A DNA stretch of 64,000 nt from a virus (lineage: Duplodnaviria > Caudoviricetes), in the IMG/VR virus record IMGVR_UViG_3300034691_000044, positions 1-64,000 of that record, one strand, 5' to 3'. Under the pieces are notes generated by a model, which was given only the letters and a program-made list of their open reading frames with translations, was not told the DNA's origin and searched no databases. Position numbers and translations under genes: made by a program. Position 1 is the first letter of the stretch. Every line of letters starts with the position of its first letter. Shown one piece after another: positions 46,730-54,830 of the stretch.

Positions 46730-47348
46730 ACCAGTAACTGAGTTTTCACTCTCCGTGCGGAATCGCGGAGGGTACGCCACGCTATGCAAATCTTGTGTGG
46801 TTATAAAGAATACTCTGTACTGGCAAACGCCCTATGGCCGTATCAGTTACATACGAAACAGCCAAAAAACTTCATCTAAAACGCGGGGGCATGCATTACC
46901 CACGTACAGCCAAAATGAACTGTTCGACTGGGCCATCGACAACAACTTATTTGCTTTATGTGCTGCATGGGAGGCTTCCGGGTTCAATAAGGACTTGGCG
47001 CCTTCAATCGACCGCAAAGACGTAACTCTCGGATATTCCTTCGAGAATATCCGTCTGGTTACGTGGAAAGAGAACAATGACGCACAGTATGCAGACCGTA
47101 AGACTTGTAAAGTAATTACACGTCAAAACCGTTCTGTTGAACAGCTCAGTATGGATGGTGAGTTAATCGAAGTGCATAAGTCCATTGCGGCTGCTGCCCG
47201 TGCAACGGGGGCGGTACGTACCAACATCAATTGTATGTGTACAGGCACCAACCCTGCCATTAAATCTGTCGGCGGTTTCCTTTGGAGATACGCTGAAAAG
47301 GAGCAAACCAATGCAAGTAATTCTTCAAGTAATACTGAATGTTCCTGA
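46692..47348 (+). CDS. Free-standing HNH endonuclease with N-terminal CxxC and C-terminal NUMOD1-like domain
   Basis: KTCKSC...CKSC, PSIDRKD..LGYSFENIRLVTW.EN, SIAAAARATG...I...C...GGFLWRY. Confidence 0.8.
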   Translation: MTSKTCKSCQLHKPVTEFSLSVRNRGGYATLCKSCVVIKNTLYWQTPYGRISYIRNSQKTSSKTRGHALPTYSQNELFDWAIDNNLFALCAAWEASGFNKDLAPSIDRKDVTLGYSFENIRLVTWKENNDAQYADRKTCKVITRQNRSVEQLSMDGELIEVHKSIAAAARATGAVRTNINCMCTGTNPAIKSVGGFLWRYAEKEQTNASNSSSNTECS

Positions 47349-47478
47349 AGGCTCCGGTAAAGAGCTGACGGGTGACCGGTACGAAGAGCTGATCGATAAT
47401 ATACTGAACAGCGAAGTTGAAGCCGGTAACCTGCCTGGGGTAGCTTTTGCCTCCGTCACATTCGAGGATTGCGTATGA
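47311..47478 (+). CDS. Small acidic protein
   Basis: AAGGAG RBS before the ATG at 47311. Confidence 0.55.
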   Translation: MQVILQVILNVPEGSGKELTGDRYEELIDNILNSEVEAGNLPGVAFASVTFEDCV

Positions 47479-47930
47479 CTCCGCTGCGTGACAAGTATCT
47501 TCAGATGTTCATGTCCCAGGCTTATGCAGCTGAAGCCCAGACTGAAGCCCTACGTGAGCGCGTTGGCTGTGTCATCGTGTCCCCTTCCGGGGCTATGGTC
47601 ACCGGTTGGAATGGACAGCCTGCTGGTCACCACACCAACTGCTGCGAAAACACACCTGTGGCGGAAGATGGCAGAGAGCGGATGAAGACCGATCGTTCTG
47701 TGCTTCACGCAGAAAATAACGCTATGGGCTGGGCTATGCGCAGCGGTACATCACTCAATGGTGCCTGGCTGTTCTCCACTGTAGCACCCTGCGACGTATG
47801 TGCCCGTGCAATCATCCCATCAGGGATTAAGCGGGTTTATTTCCACCGCGTTCACGACGACATGACTGGTATTGAGCTTATAGCTCAAGCTGGTCTGGGC
47901 GTTTTCCAATTGAACTATCCATCGGAGTAA
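47475..47930 (+). CDS. dCMP deaminase
   Basis: VGCVIV, GWNG, HAENNA, PCDVCA. Confidence 0.9.
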   Translation: MTPLRDKYLQMFMSQAYAAEAQTEALRERVGCVIVSPSGAMVTGWNGQPAGHHTNCCENTPVAEDGRERMKTDRSVLHAENNAMGWAMRSGTSLNGAWLFSTVAPCDVCARAIIPSGIKRVYFHRVHDDMTGIELIAQAGLGVFQLNYPSE

Positions 47931-47932
47931 AA

Positions 47933-48388
47933 ATGTCCAAGTCTCTGCACTCACCCGGCCGATTCGGTAACGCACCGGTCAATGGCCGGTATTTCTTCGT
48001 TCATCGTTCCAGCCGCTGCGTGCGGAGCTGGGACATGGACAGCCTGCCGGTCCCCGGCAACTGGGAGCAGGTATCTCTTGAGGAATGGGTTCAATTCCGC
48101 AAAGAGACCCTACTCATTCCACTGAAAAAGCGCAAAGCGCTTCACGCCACCCTCTACGGAGAATTGCCATGCAAGTCCGACTCACAACCATCGTCGAAAC
48201 CATCATCGACATCGATCCCGAAAACACAGAAAACTTCAGCACAGCCAAGGGCGAGATCTACGTCAACAACTACCTCGAAAACGAAGAACTCGACAACATC
48301 GCGGACGACATCAAAAGCGCCCACCAAGACGCGGTCATCTACGACACCGTCCGCGCCCAAAGCGTTACACACTCGTTCGAAGAAGTGA
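47933..48388 (+). CDS. Hypothetical protein; 3' half overlaps the next gene
   Basis: GGAG RBS; the low-complexity S/T/K tail is the alternative frame of 48169-48393. Confidence 0.5.
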   Translation: MSKSLHSPGRFGNAPVNGRYFFVHRSSRCVRSWDMDSLPVPGNWEQVSLEEWVQFRKETLLIPLKKRKALHATLYGELPCKSDSQPSSKPSSTSIPKTQKTSAQPRARSTSTTTSKTKNSTTSRTTSKAPTKTRSSTTPSAPKALHTRSKK

Positions 48389-48393
48389 AATGA
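48169..48393 (+). CDS. Small acidic protein
   Basis: GGAG RBS before ATG 48169; genome-typical codon usage. Confidence 0.6.
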   Translation: MQVRLTTIVETIIDIDPENTENFSTAKGEIYVNNYLENEELDNIADDIKSAHQDAVIYDTVRAQSVTHSFEEVK

Positions 48394-48551
48394 GCGAGGC
48401 TGACGAAGTAGCTGCTTCTATCAAAGAGCAGCACCCCGAATACTTCCCGCTCACTTCCCGGGCGCAGGCTGTTAGCATTGCTACCGGCCAGATGCCCGAA
48501 GAGAGCATCTCAATCATCCAGGCGGTGGCCGACGCCCTTATGGAGCTGTAA
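48390..48551 (+). CDS. Small hypothetical protein
   Basis: ATGA overlap; MSEADEVAASIKEQHPEYFP... Confidence 0.5.
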   Translation: MSEADEVAASIKEQHPEYFPLTSRAQAVSIATGQMPEESISIIQAVADALMEL

Positions 48552-48554
48552 ACC

Positions 48555-49076
48555 ATGCAAGTAACCACCCGTAGTACGCAAGAATATACCATCACTGACG
48601 ACGACGGTTCCCGTGTCGCCACGGTCAGCATGACGGACGAAGCACCCGGTAAAGGCCGATTCTCCGTGGTGTGCAACGGCATGAGCTATTCATGCTATTG
48701 GAACGCCATGGGCGACCGGACTGTACGCGAATTCTTCGCCCTCGCCACTGACGCTTATGTCGTTGGCTGTCTCGACCCTTTCGGCACCTTGTTCCGTAAG
48801 ATCGACCCACAGATCCTGAAAGGGATCATCGCAATGGACATCAGCAAGTCGGAGCAACTGGACGATAATCAAAAACTGGATTTGACCAGTCGTTTGGTGG
48901 AGTTGTCACCGATCTCCGACGTGAACGGTCTTGTTGCCTTGAATGGCCCGCTCATGGCCGAGATCTACGGCCCTATGTGGTCCAATCAGGTGAACGAACG
49001 CTTCCTGGGCCAGCACCCAAGTTACACCGAACTGTTCAAGCGAATTTCCAAAATTCGCAGTGCCCTGGTCGGTTAA
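48555..49076 (+). CDS. Conserved phage hypothetical protein
   Basis: G.SYS.YWNAMG..TV.EFF motif. Confidence 0.7.
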   Translation: MQVTTRSTQEYTITDDDGSRVATVSMTDEAPGKGRFSVVCNGMSYSCYWNAMGDRTVREFFALATDAYVVGCLDPFGTLFRKIDPQILKGIIAMDISKSEQLDDNQKLDLTSRLVELSPISDVNGLVALNGPLMAEIYGPMWSNQVNERFLGQHPSYTELFKRISKIRSALVG

Positions 49077-49084
49077 ATGTTCCG

Positions 49085-49144
49085 CTCCAGTCAAATTGCC
49101 ACTATTATGTGAGCTGTTTCATATTAGGCTAATCTTGACTGGAG
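49085..49144 (+). promoter_or_regulatory. RBS-sequestering hairpin upstream of the holin
   Basis: CTCCAGTCAA (49085-94) is the exact reverse complement of TTGACTGGAG (49135-44), which contains the GGAG RBS. Confidence 0.65.
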
Positions 49145-49150
49145 AGCTGT

Positions 49151-49477
49151 ATGCCTTGGAAAGACGATCCCACCATCACCGGTGCGGTCCTTGCACTACT
49201 TATCAGCCTGGGCACTGGCATTCTGTCAGTAGCGCAGGCACTGGCTACCGGTCACAAATTCTCCATCTTCTGGTTGATTGCACAGCTCCTCGGGGCTGTT
49301 ATTGCAGGATGGCTTGTTTGGGACATGTACCCGGCAATTAATGAAACTGTTCCGGCTTGGCTGACACAGCCAATCGCAACGTCGATTGCCGCGCACTTTG
49401 GTGGCAAGTTGTTCAACATCGCCGAGTTTGTTCTCGGTAAACGGATCGGGTATACGCCTCCCCCATCTGCCAATTAA
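49151..49477 (+). CDS. Putative holin
   Basis: 108 aa with 2-3 TM segments; near the endolysin and spanins. Confidence 0.65.
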   Translation: MPWKDDPTITGAVLALLISLGTGILSVAQALATGHKFSIFWLIAQLLGAVIAGWLVWDMYPAINETVPAWLTQPIATSIAAHFGGKLFNIAEFVLGKRIGYTPPPSAN

Positions 49478-49480
49478 CCA

Positions 49481-49502
49481 GAGCCCCGAAAGGGGCTTTT
49501 TT
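49481..49502 (+). terminator. Terminator
   Basis: AGCCCC-GAAA-GGGGCT plus T run. Confidence 0.85.
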
Positions 49503-49517
49503 ACGCCTGGAGTTTCT

Positions 49518-49901
49518 ATGAAACGAGAGCGCCGCGGGCCTATGAACCTGCTGCATGGTGACATCGTGATTGCCACGGACATTGCCTTCTACACCCATAA
49601 AGGTGCCGAGGGTAAACAGTCCCAGGCGGTAGGCGACATGCTTATCGTCAACAACCCGCATCTCGATGGGGATGTGCAAGGATGCAGCCTTATGCCAGGC
49701 TCTGTGGGGCTCTGCACCGGCCTTGACGCGGGCACTTATCGCATGGCGAAACCAAGTGATAAACACTACGTCATGACCCTTCAAGAATGGGACCGTTATC
49801 AACCGGAGCGGGCCTTGCGAGCGCTGTGGAATATCCCTTTTGCAGTTCAACTTTGGCTGACCGCATTGTCGGCACCATTCATCATCGAGATATTCAAATG
49901 A
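49518..49901 (+). CDS. Hypothetical protein with C-terminal hydrophobic segment
   Basis: GGAG RBS. Confidence 0.55.
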   Translation: MKRERRGPMNLLHGDIVIATDIAFYTHKGAEGKQSQAVGDMLIVNNPHLDGDVQGCSLMPGSVGLCTGLDAGTYRMAKPSDKHYVMTLQEWDRYQPERALRALWNIPFAVQLWLTALSAPFIIEIFK

Positions 49902-50173
49902 GCAATCGTAACGAATTTTTCAGCATTGAGCTGAAAGTGGCAAACCGGGAAAAGTGCGGGGCGTTCCTGGCTCAATTTACCAAGGCCATGGCCGAGGACA
50001 CTGAAGTAGGCGACGGAGCCTTCGAAGTCATCGCCTGCGGTTGGGATGACAAGTGCGGCTCAATGACTGCGTGCGACGCTTACGAACAAGAGCTTGAAGC
50101 CCAAGGCATCAGCGCAAGTCGTGTAATCGACGAATTCTTGGATGCTGAAGAAGAAGACGATCACGATCGGTAA
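49898..50173 (+). CDS. Acidic hypothetical protein
   Basis: ATGA overlap; acidic tail. Confidence 0.6.
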   Translation: MSNRNEFFSIELKVANREKCGAFLAQFTKAMAEDTEVGDGAFEVIACGWDDKCGSMTACDAYEQELEAQGISASRVIDEFLDAEEEDDHDR

Positions 50174-50200
50174 TAAAAAGCCCCCAATCAGGGGGCTTTG
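50174..50200. terminator. Bidirectional terminator at the convergence
   Basis: AAAAAGCCCCC-AATCA-GGGGGCTTT. Confidence 0.7.
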
Positions 50201-50700
50201 TTCAGCGAATTGAGCAGTGAATCATACTGCTTTTCCAGCCCTATTCCACGGGCGTGAGAGTCATCAAAAGCTCTTGCGAGTTCCGATCTTTCAGCGCTAC
50301 AGCTGTCGAGCAATCCGGAGAGCACCATTGCGGCTTTGGTTGCTGCCGGTAGCTGGAATCCAGCGCCGGTACTGCTAGTTGACTGGTTTCGCAGTCGGCT
50401 TTGGAGTGCGGCGAGTTCACCCCGCATGCCGTCAGAAGAAGCGCGGCTGTCAGCAGCAATGCGTTGCAGATCGCCCATTTCTTGATTATGTACATCGGTC
50501 ATCTCTTTGGCTTGCGCGTCAAGCTGACGCTGGTGTTCATTCAATGCAGTTTGGGCATCGGCCCTGGCCGTTGCCAACTGCTCCCGTAAATCTGTGACTT
50601 CCAGCTTCCCTTTCAGTTCCCCGCGGGATACACCGTCAAAGTGTATCCAAGCCAGGAGTGAAAGGGTGGCGACCACAGCCGCCAGCACCTTCCAATTCAT
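50188..50700 (-). CDS. Inner-membrane spanin (Rz-like)
   Basis: N-terminal TM plus coiled coil; directly after the endolysin. Confidence 0.8.
   Translation of the reverse strand: MNWKVLAAVVATLSLLAWIHFDGVSRGELKGKLEVTDLREQLATARADAQTALNEHQRQLDAQAKEMTDVHNQEMGDLQRIAADSRASSDGMRGELAALQSRLRNQSTSSTGAGFQLPAATKAAMVLSGLLDSCSAERSELARAFDDSHARGIGLEKQYDSLLNSLNKAP
50241..50495 (-). CDS. Embedded outer-membrane spanin lipoprotein (Rz1-like)
   Basis: Signal peptide ending in lipobox LLLTAC; Pro/Cys-rich; lies wholly inside Rz in another frame. Confidence 0.75.
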   Translation of the reverse strand: MYIIKKWAICNALLLTAALLLTACGVNSPHSKADCETSQLAVPALDSSYRQQPKPQWCSPDCSTAVALKDRNSQELLMTLTPVE

Positions 50701-51230
50701 TAAACCCCCAATTCCTTACGTGCCTGAGCATAAAAGCCATCCCAAGTTTCGCGGTGAGGCTTGCCCGGGCGCCAAGTGCGTTCAGCGTAGCATTTCCATG
50801 CAGCCTCTTCATCACCGATCTTTGGCAGCGCCTGGGCATCGCACATGAGCAGCAAGCGAGCGAAGCCAGCGGCCAGCACATCGTTGGTCTGAAAGGCCAA
50901 CCAGACAGTCTTTGGATCAGCAGCGATACCCATCTGGCGACAGAACTGCTTGGCGATTGGTCCGACCCGAAAGTGATTGAGGACACCCCAAACACCGCCG
51001 CGACTGGCCTCGTTACCGAGTTCAAACTGCCAGAAGCCGATTGCCGGCCCCTCAGGCACAAGTACCTTCTTGCCATCGACAACCTTGCTGATCAACTGGC
51101 GACGCGAGGTGAAACGCGATTCCTGCAAACCAATGGTAAGAAGGAGTACCCGCACAGCCAAACTGTCATAGTTCGTCGGGAAGTAGCTGAACATCCGATT
51201 AAGGACTTGATTAACTTCTTTGAGTGTCAT
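50700..51230 (-). CDS. Endolysin (lysozyme-like fold)
   Basis: IGLQESRF, GPAIGFWQFE, LAAGFARLLL, Y..TWRPGKPH. Confidence 0.8.
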   Translation of the reverse strand: MTLKEVNQVLNRMFSYFPTNYDSLAVRVLLLTIGLQESRFTSRRQLISKVVDGKKVLVPEGPAIGFWQFELGNEASRGGVWGVLNHFRVGPIAKQFCRQMGIAADPKTVWLAFQTNDVLAAGFARLLLMCDAQALPKIGDEEAAWKCYAERTWRPGKPHRETWDGFYAQARKELGV

Positions 51231-51232
51231 AA

Positions 51233-51586
51233 TTACTCCGGTGCCTGCGGGCGTTTAGTTGCATCGGGGAAATCGACGCTCGATCCTTCAACCCACTTGC
51301 GCAGTGCAATGCGGTAATCCATCCACTGCCGCTTAGTGCCCGGTTCAACATCTGGGTCTTCATCCTCAATCATCAAAAGTTGATTAGCAATACGGGCCAT
51401 CTGCGACTCTCGCCACTGATTTTCGATAAAAGAAAGCTGCTCAAAGGTAGGTGGAGGATTCAAATGAAGATAAACCTCTTCTTCAGTCATAGCAACCATT
51501 GTCTCAGTTATAGCTGAGTCTTGACTACCATCTATTAGAAATGCCCAAACAGCCCCATCAAATTCTCTAAAGTATTTCATGTCCAT
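51233..51586 (-). CDS. Tail fibre assembly chaperone
   Basis: EN.WR...M ... W..YR.ALR.W...FP...RP..P motif; follows the fibre gene. Confidence 0.8.
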   Translation of the reverse strand: MDMKYFREFDGAVWAFLIDGSQDSAITETMVAMTEEEVYLHLNPPPTFEQLSFIENQWRESQMARIANQLLMIEDEDPDVEPGTKRQWMDYRIALRKWVEGSSVDFPDATKRPQAPE

Positions 51587-53796
51587 GCTAGTAACTCCAC
51601 CTGAATTGTACACTGAGAAATAGCCAGTCCTGTAGCCGAGCCTGTAGTACCGAGGATAGTAATACCAGCAGTCCCTACTAAACACTGAAAAGATGAGGAT
51701 GTTATGTTATTAACTTGTACACCATAGTGACCACCTGAACCCCCATAATCCACCACACCTACAAATCGAAATATAGTGCCAATTGGCCAACCTGCAACGG
51801 CTGAGGTCAAAGTTACATATACGTTAACAGCATCTGCTATTACCCCAAGAGTGTGTGTGTAAGTTGTTGGAGTGCTTGGCAAAGATAGATTAACAGAACG
51901 CCACCGATCTACCTTAATGGCATTTAAGGCAGTCTGTAAGTCTGCTTGTGCCGATAGTGTACCGGTGATATTTCCCCACACTGCACTCGAAGATGTTGGC
52001 AGGGACACCCACGTCCCTGCACCACTAAGAACCTTTAACCGGTCAGCTACAGTCGGTGCCGGAACCAATCCCTTAGTCCCATCCACACTAGCCGTAGCAC
52101 CAGTCATTACAGCCGGGGGGGCATAGAAGCTAGCAGGTTGCCCATTAAGCAACGCAGAATCCGCAGCTTTAGCGGTAGAGCCCAGTTTGTTATTGAGCTG
52201 GGCTTGCAGCTTGCCAAGAGCAACAATCAATTTATCCGCTGCGGTTACAGCAGTCGCATCGGTGAGGACAAAGCCAGCTAAGACAACATCACGAATGGCA
52301 GCAGCCAAACCAGTAAGTGAAGAGACATCCTGAGTGCCTGTGTGATTGGCCCGGTTGAGCAGATACGCATCGGTGTTATTGGCAGTAGCATTTGCAGCAA
52401 TGCCGTCAAGTTTGTCCTTGAGCGTATTGGTAAAATCGTTGCTCGACAAATCTTTGCCCGCGACCTTGCTGACCTTGGAAGCCAAGGAATCAGGAAGGCC
52501 GTCTAACTGACTTTTGTAAGAAGCGTCAAAATCATTGGTGGACAGCCCTTTATTGGCAACTTTGTCGACTTTGGTGTTAAGTGCAACTAACTGCAACGAC
52601 GATACAGGTTTGTTGGCATCTGCTGTGTTATCAACGTTGCCGAGCCCTACATCACCTTTTTGTAGGGTAACGTCACCGTCACGCCCATTTACGGTAAGTA
52701 CGCCGGCACCTGTACTACCTTCAGACGAGCCCAAACGATAAAAAATATCATCCACTTTGGAGTAAACCAAAGCGTTGCCGACGGCAAAAATGACACCATC
52801 TACTGTACCGCCCTCGGAAATACGCCAAATAGCACCAGTCAGGGGCTTAGGTGGATAAACACCAGATGCCAGGGAAAGGTTACCCATCTCTGCCATCTGA
52901 GGCTCAAGACTGGCCAACGCTGCTTCAGCAGCCAGGCGCGCCGTCTCTGAGGCTAGGGCACTTGCAGCACTTGCAGCTTCGCTACCCTCCGCGGCAGTTG
53001 CATGTTCAAGAGCCTGGGCAGCAGAGTTATCACTAGCCAATTTGGAAGTTTCAGCAAGCTGAGCAGAGTTTTGCGAGGCCGTAGCATGTTCACTTGCGCT
53101 TTGCGCAGACTGTGCAGCAGCGTCTTTGTGGCCTAACGCTGCAACTGCGCTCTGACCGGCAGCAGTAGCACTGGCTTCAGCTTGAGATGCGTTAAGTGTT
53201 GAGTTTTGCTCACTGAGCCCAGCAGCCTCAGCCGACAGCCCTGCCGCAACTTCACTGGCAGCGGCGCGACTAGCAGCCGCCTCAACTGCTTCTTGTGAAC
53301 CCTCGGACGCAACAGCCGCGGCCTCAGAACGTACAGCCGAGGCTTCGGACGCTTCAGCGGAACTAGCAGAAGCCTCGGCCGACAGTTTAGCATCTACCGC
53401 CGCGTTCAGTGTGGCTACCTTAGCATCTGTGATAACAGATAACGCCACTTCATCCCACGGCCGGGAGAAGACAGGGGTCGTGAAGATCAAGTCTTCTGCA
53501 CGAACAGCAGTAGCACTCTCGGGCACAATAAATTTGTAGCGCAGACCTGCAATACAGCCCTCGCTATCTTCCACCACCCCAGCAGCTGCCATGGTGAGAT
53601 AATAAATGCCATAACCTGGGGCAAGCTCCAGTGTGCATTTACCCTCGGCGTCTGTCAGCCCTTGAACAACCCCAGGCATCAGAATGCCATTAGAAAGCGC
53701 CTCATCGAAGGACGATTTACGCAGAGACACCGTAAAAGGTGTGGCCGCTACCGGCGTGCCATCCGGGTTTTGGAACTTGAAAATAACGGCAGTCAT
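51577..53796 (-). CDS. Tail fibre protein
   Basis: Ala/Ser-rich repeats, VNGRDGDVTL, VGLGNVDNTAD.NKPVS, LSTNDF repeats, RANHTGTQ, DG.KGLVPAP, WG.ITGTLS.Q.DL. Confidence 0.88.
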   Translation of the reverse strand: MTAVIFKFQNPDGTPVAATPFTVSLRKSSFDEALSNGILMPGVVQGLTDAEGKCTLELAPGYGIYYLTMAAAGVVEDSEGCIAGLRYKFIVPESATAVRAEDLIFTTPVFSRPWDEVALSVITDAKVATLNAAVDAKLSAEASASSAEASEASAVRSEAAAVASEGSQEAVEAAASRAAASEVAAGLSAEAAGLSEQNSTLNASQAEASATAAGQSAVAALGHKDAAAQSAQSASEHATASQNSAQLAETSKLASDNSAAQALEHATAAEGSEAASAASALASETARLAAEAALASLEPQMAEMGNLSLASGVYPPKPLTGAIWRISEGGTVDGVIFAVGNALVYSKVDDIFYRLGSSEGSTGAGVLTVNGRDGDVTLQKGDVGLGNVDNTADANKPVSSLQLVALNTKVDKVANKGLSTNDFDASYKSQLDGLPDSLASKVSKVAGKDLSSNDFTNTLKDKLDGIAANATANNTDAYLLNRANHTGTQDVSSLTGLAAAIRDVVLAGFVLTDATAVTAADKLIVALGKLQAQLNNKLGSTAKAADSALLNGQPASFYAPPAVMTGATASVDGTKGLVPAPTVADRLKVLSGAGTWVSLPTSSSAVWGNITGTLSAQADLQTALNAIKVDRWRSVNLSLPSTPTTYTHTLGVIADAVNVYVTLTSAVAGWPIGTIFRFVGVVDYGGSGGHYGVQVNNITSSSFQCLVGTAGITILGTTGSATGLAISQCTIQVELLAWT

Positions 53797-53811
53797 TGAC
53801 TGTCTCCTATG

Positions 53812-53833
53812 AAAAACCGCCCTTATGGGCGGT
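53812..53833 (-). terminator. Terminator
   Basis: ACCGCCC-ATAA-GGGCGGT-TTTT on the minus strand. Confidence 0.65.
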
Positions 53834-53850
53834 ATGGTACAACTTTACCA

Positions 53851-54510
53851 TCAATAGCGTGTAACGTCCGCAAAGAACAAATCTCCGGGAGGGGGCTGAG
53901 GCGAATTTGCGTCACCCAAAGGGCCTTGTCTAACAACAACACGTTGCGCAGCCAAACCAGTAGAAACTCGTAAGCCATAAGACATAATCATGAAAGAGCG
54001 GTATAGACCTTGCATATTAGGCTGCAACCACTGCCCATGTTGGGACATGCCAACAGCTATGGTAGGCACACCTGTGGGCCATGGGTAGTCCTGGTTGTAC
54101 ACCGGATTACGAACACGTCCAGCAAGACGTAACCATTTACCCTGTGCATCAAACGTCACATTACCTGCGGTATCTAAAAATTGAAGACCACAGTTGGAAT
54201 TAGTGATGTTTTTGGCCCCAAAACAATAAAACCACATCCCAGCACGATCAGTAGCAGTAAGATAAAGGGTCTTTACCCCACTACCTTGCACCATTCGCTG
54301 AATAGCTACAACTTGCCCATCCGTAGTGCCCATCATTACAAAAGAAGTATCATTGTGTACATCCAATTGCGCATCATACGACGAGTACGGCGGTGTGTTG
54401 TAATACGTCCAATTAGTGCGATCTATCCAGTAAGCACCAAGAAAGCTGCTTACTTGAGAGTTTTCATCAAGACGTACACGACTTTGGTCTTCTTTCCATA
54501 ATTCAAACAT
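53851..54510 (-). CDS. Tail-associated protein
   Basis: GLQFLDTAGNVTFDA motif typical of genes following central tail-fibre/J-like proteins; AT-rich. Confidence 0.65.
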   Translation of the reverse strand: MFELWKEDQSRVRLDENSQVSSFLGAYWIDRTNWTYYNTPPYSSYDAQLDVHNDTSFVMMGTTDGQVVAIQRMVQGSGVKTLYLTATDRAGMWFYCFGAKNITNSNCGLQFLDTAGNVTFDAQGKWLRLAGRVRNPVYNQDYPWPTGVPTIAVGMSQHGQWLQPNMQGLYRSFMIMSYGLRVSTGLAAQRVVVRQGPLGDANSPQPPPGDLFFADVTRY

Positions 54511-54830
54511 TAATCAGTTCCTAGAATAATATTGCTACTTACTCGTGGGGCCAAGTTACCATTTGAACTAATAGCGTAATCCACGAAAGTCCAGGTAACT
54601 GTGTCATTTGCAATGGAGATACGGGGAATGCAGACTAAATTATTGCCGGGCAACCCAGATATACTAGACATGTACCAATGTTCTGCCCCTGACGTGGTTA
54701 AACCAGGGAAATATGCAGAGCCGTTGGCCGTGCCTGTAGATAGACTACCAAGTACCCGACCGAACAGCGTTGCCGCTGTCAGGGTCACGTTACCATTTTC
54801 ATCGTAGCATTCAAGGTCAGCCTGGGCCAT
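54510..54830 (-). CDS. Tail-associated protein
   Basis: L..YDENGNVTL....GRVLG motif. Confidence 0.65.
   Translation of the reverse strand: MAQADLECYDENGNVTLTAATLFGRVLGSLSTGTANGSAYFPGLTTSGAEHWYMSSISGLPGNNLVCIPRISIANDTVTWTFVDYAISSNGNLAPRVSSNIILGTD

Noticed and set aside
52900-53420. Ala/Ser-rich repeats in the tail fibre
   Set aside because: Ordinary coiled-coil shaft repeats of phage fibres.
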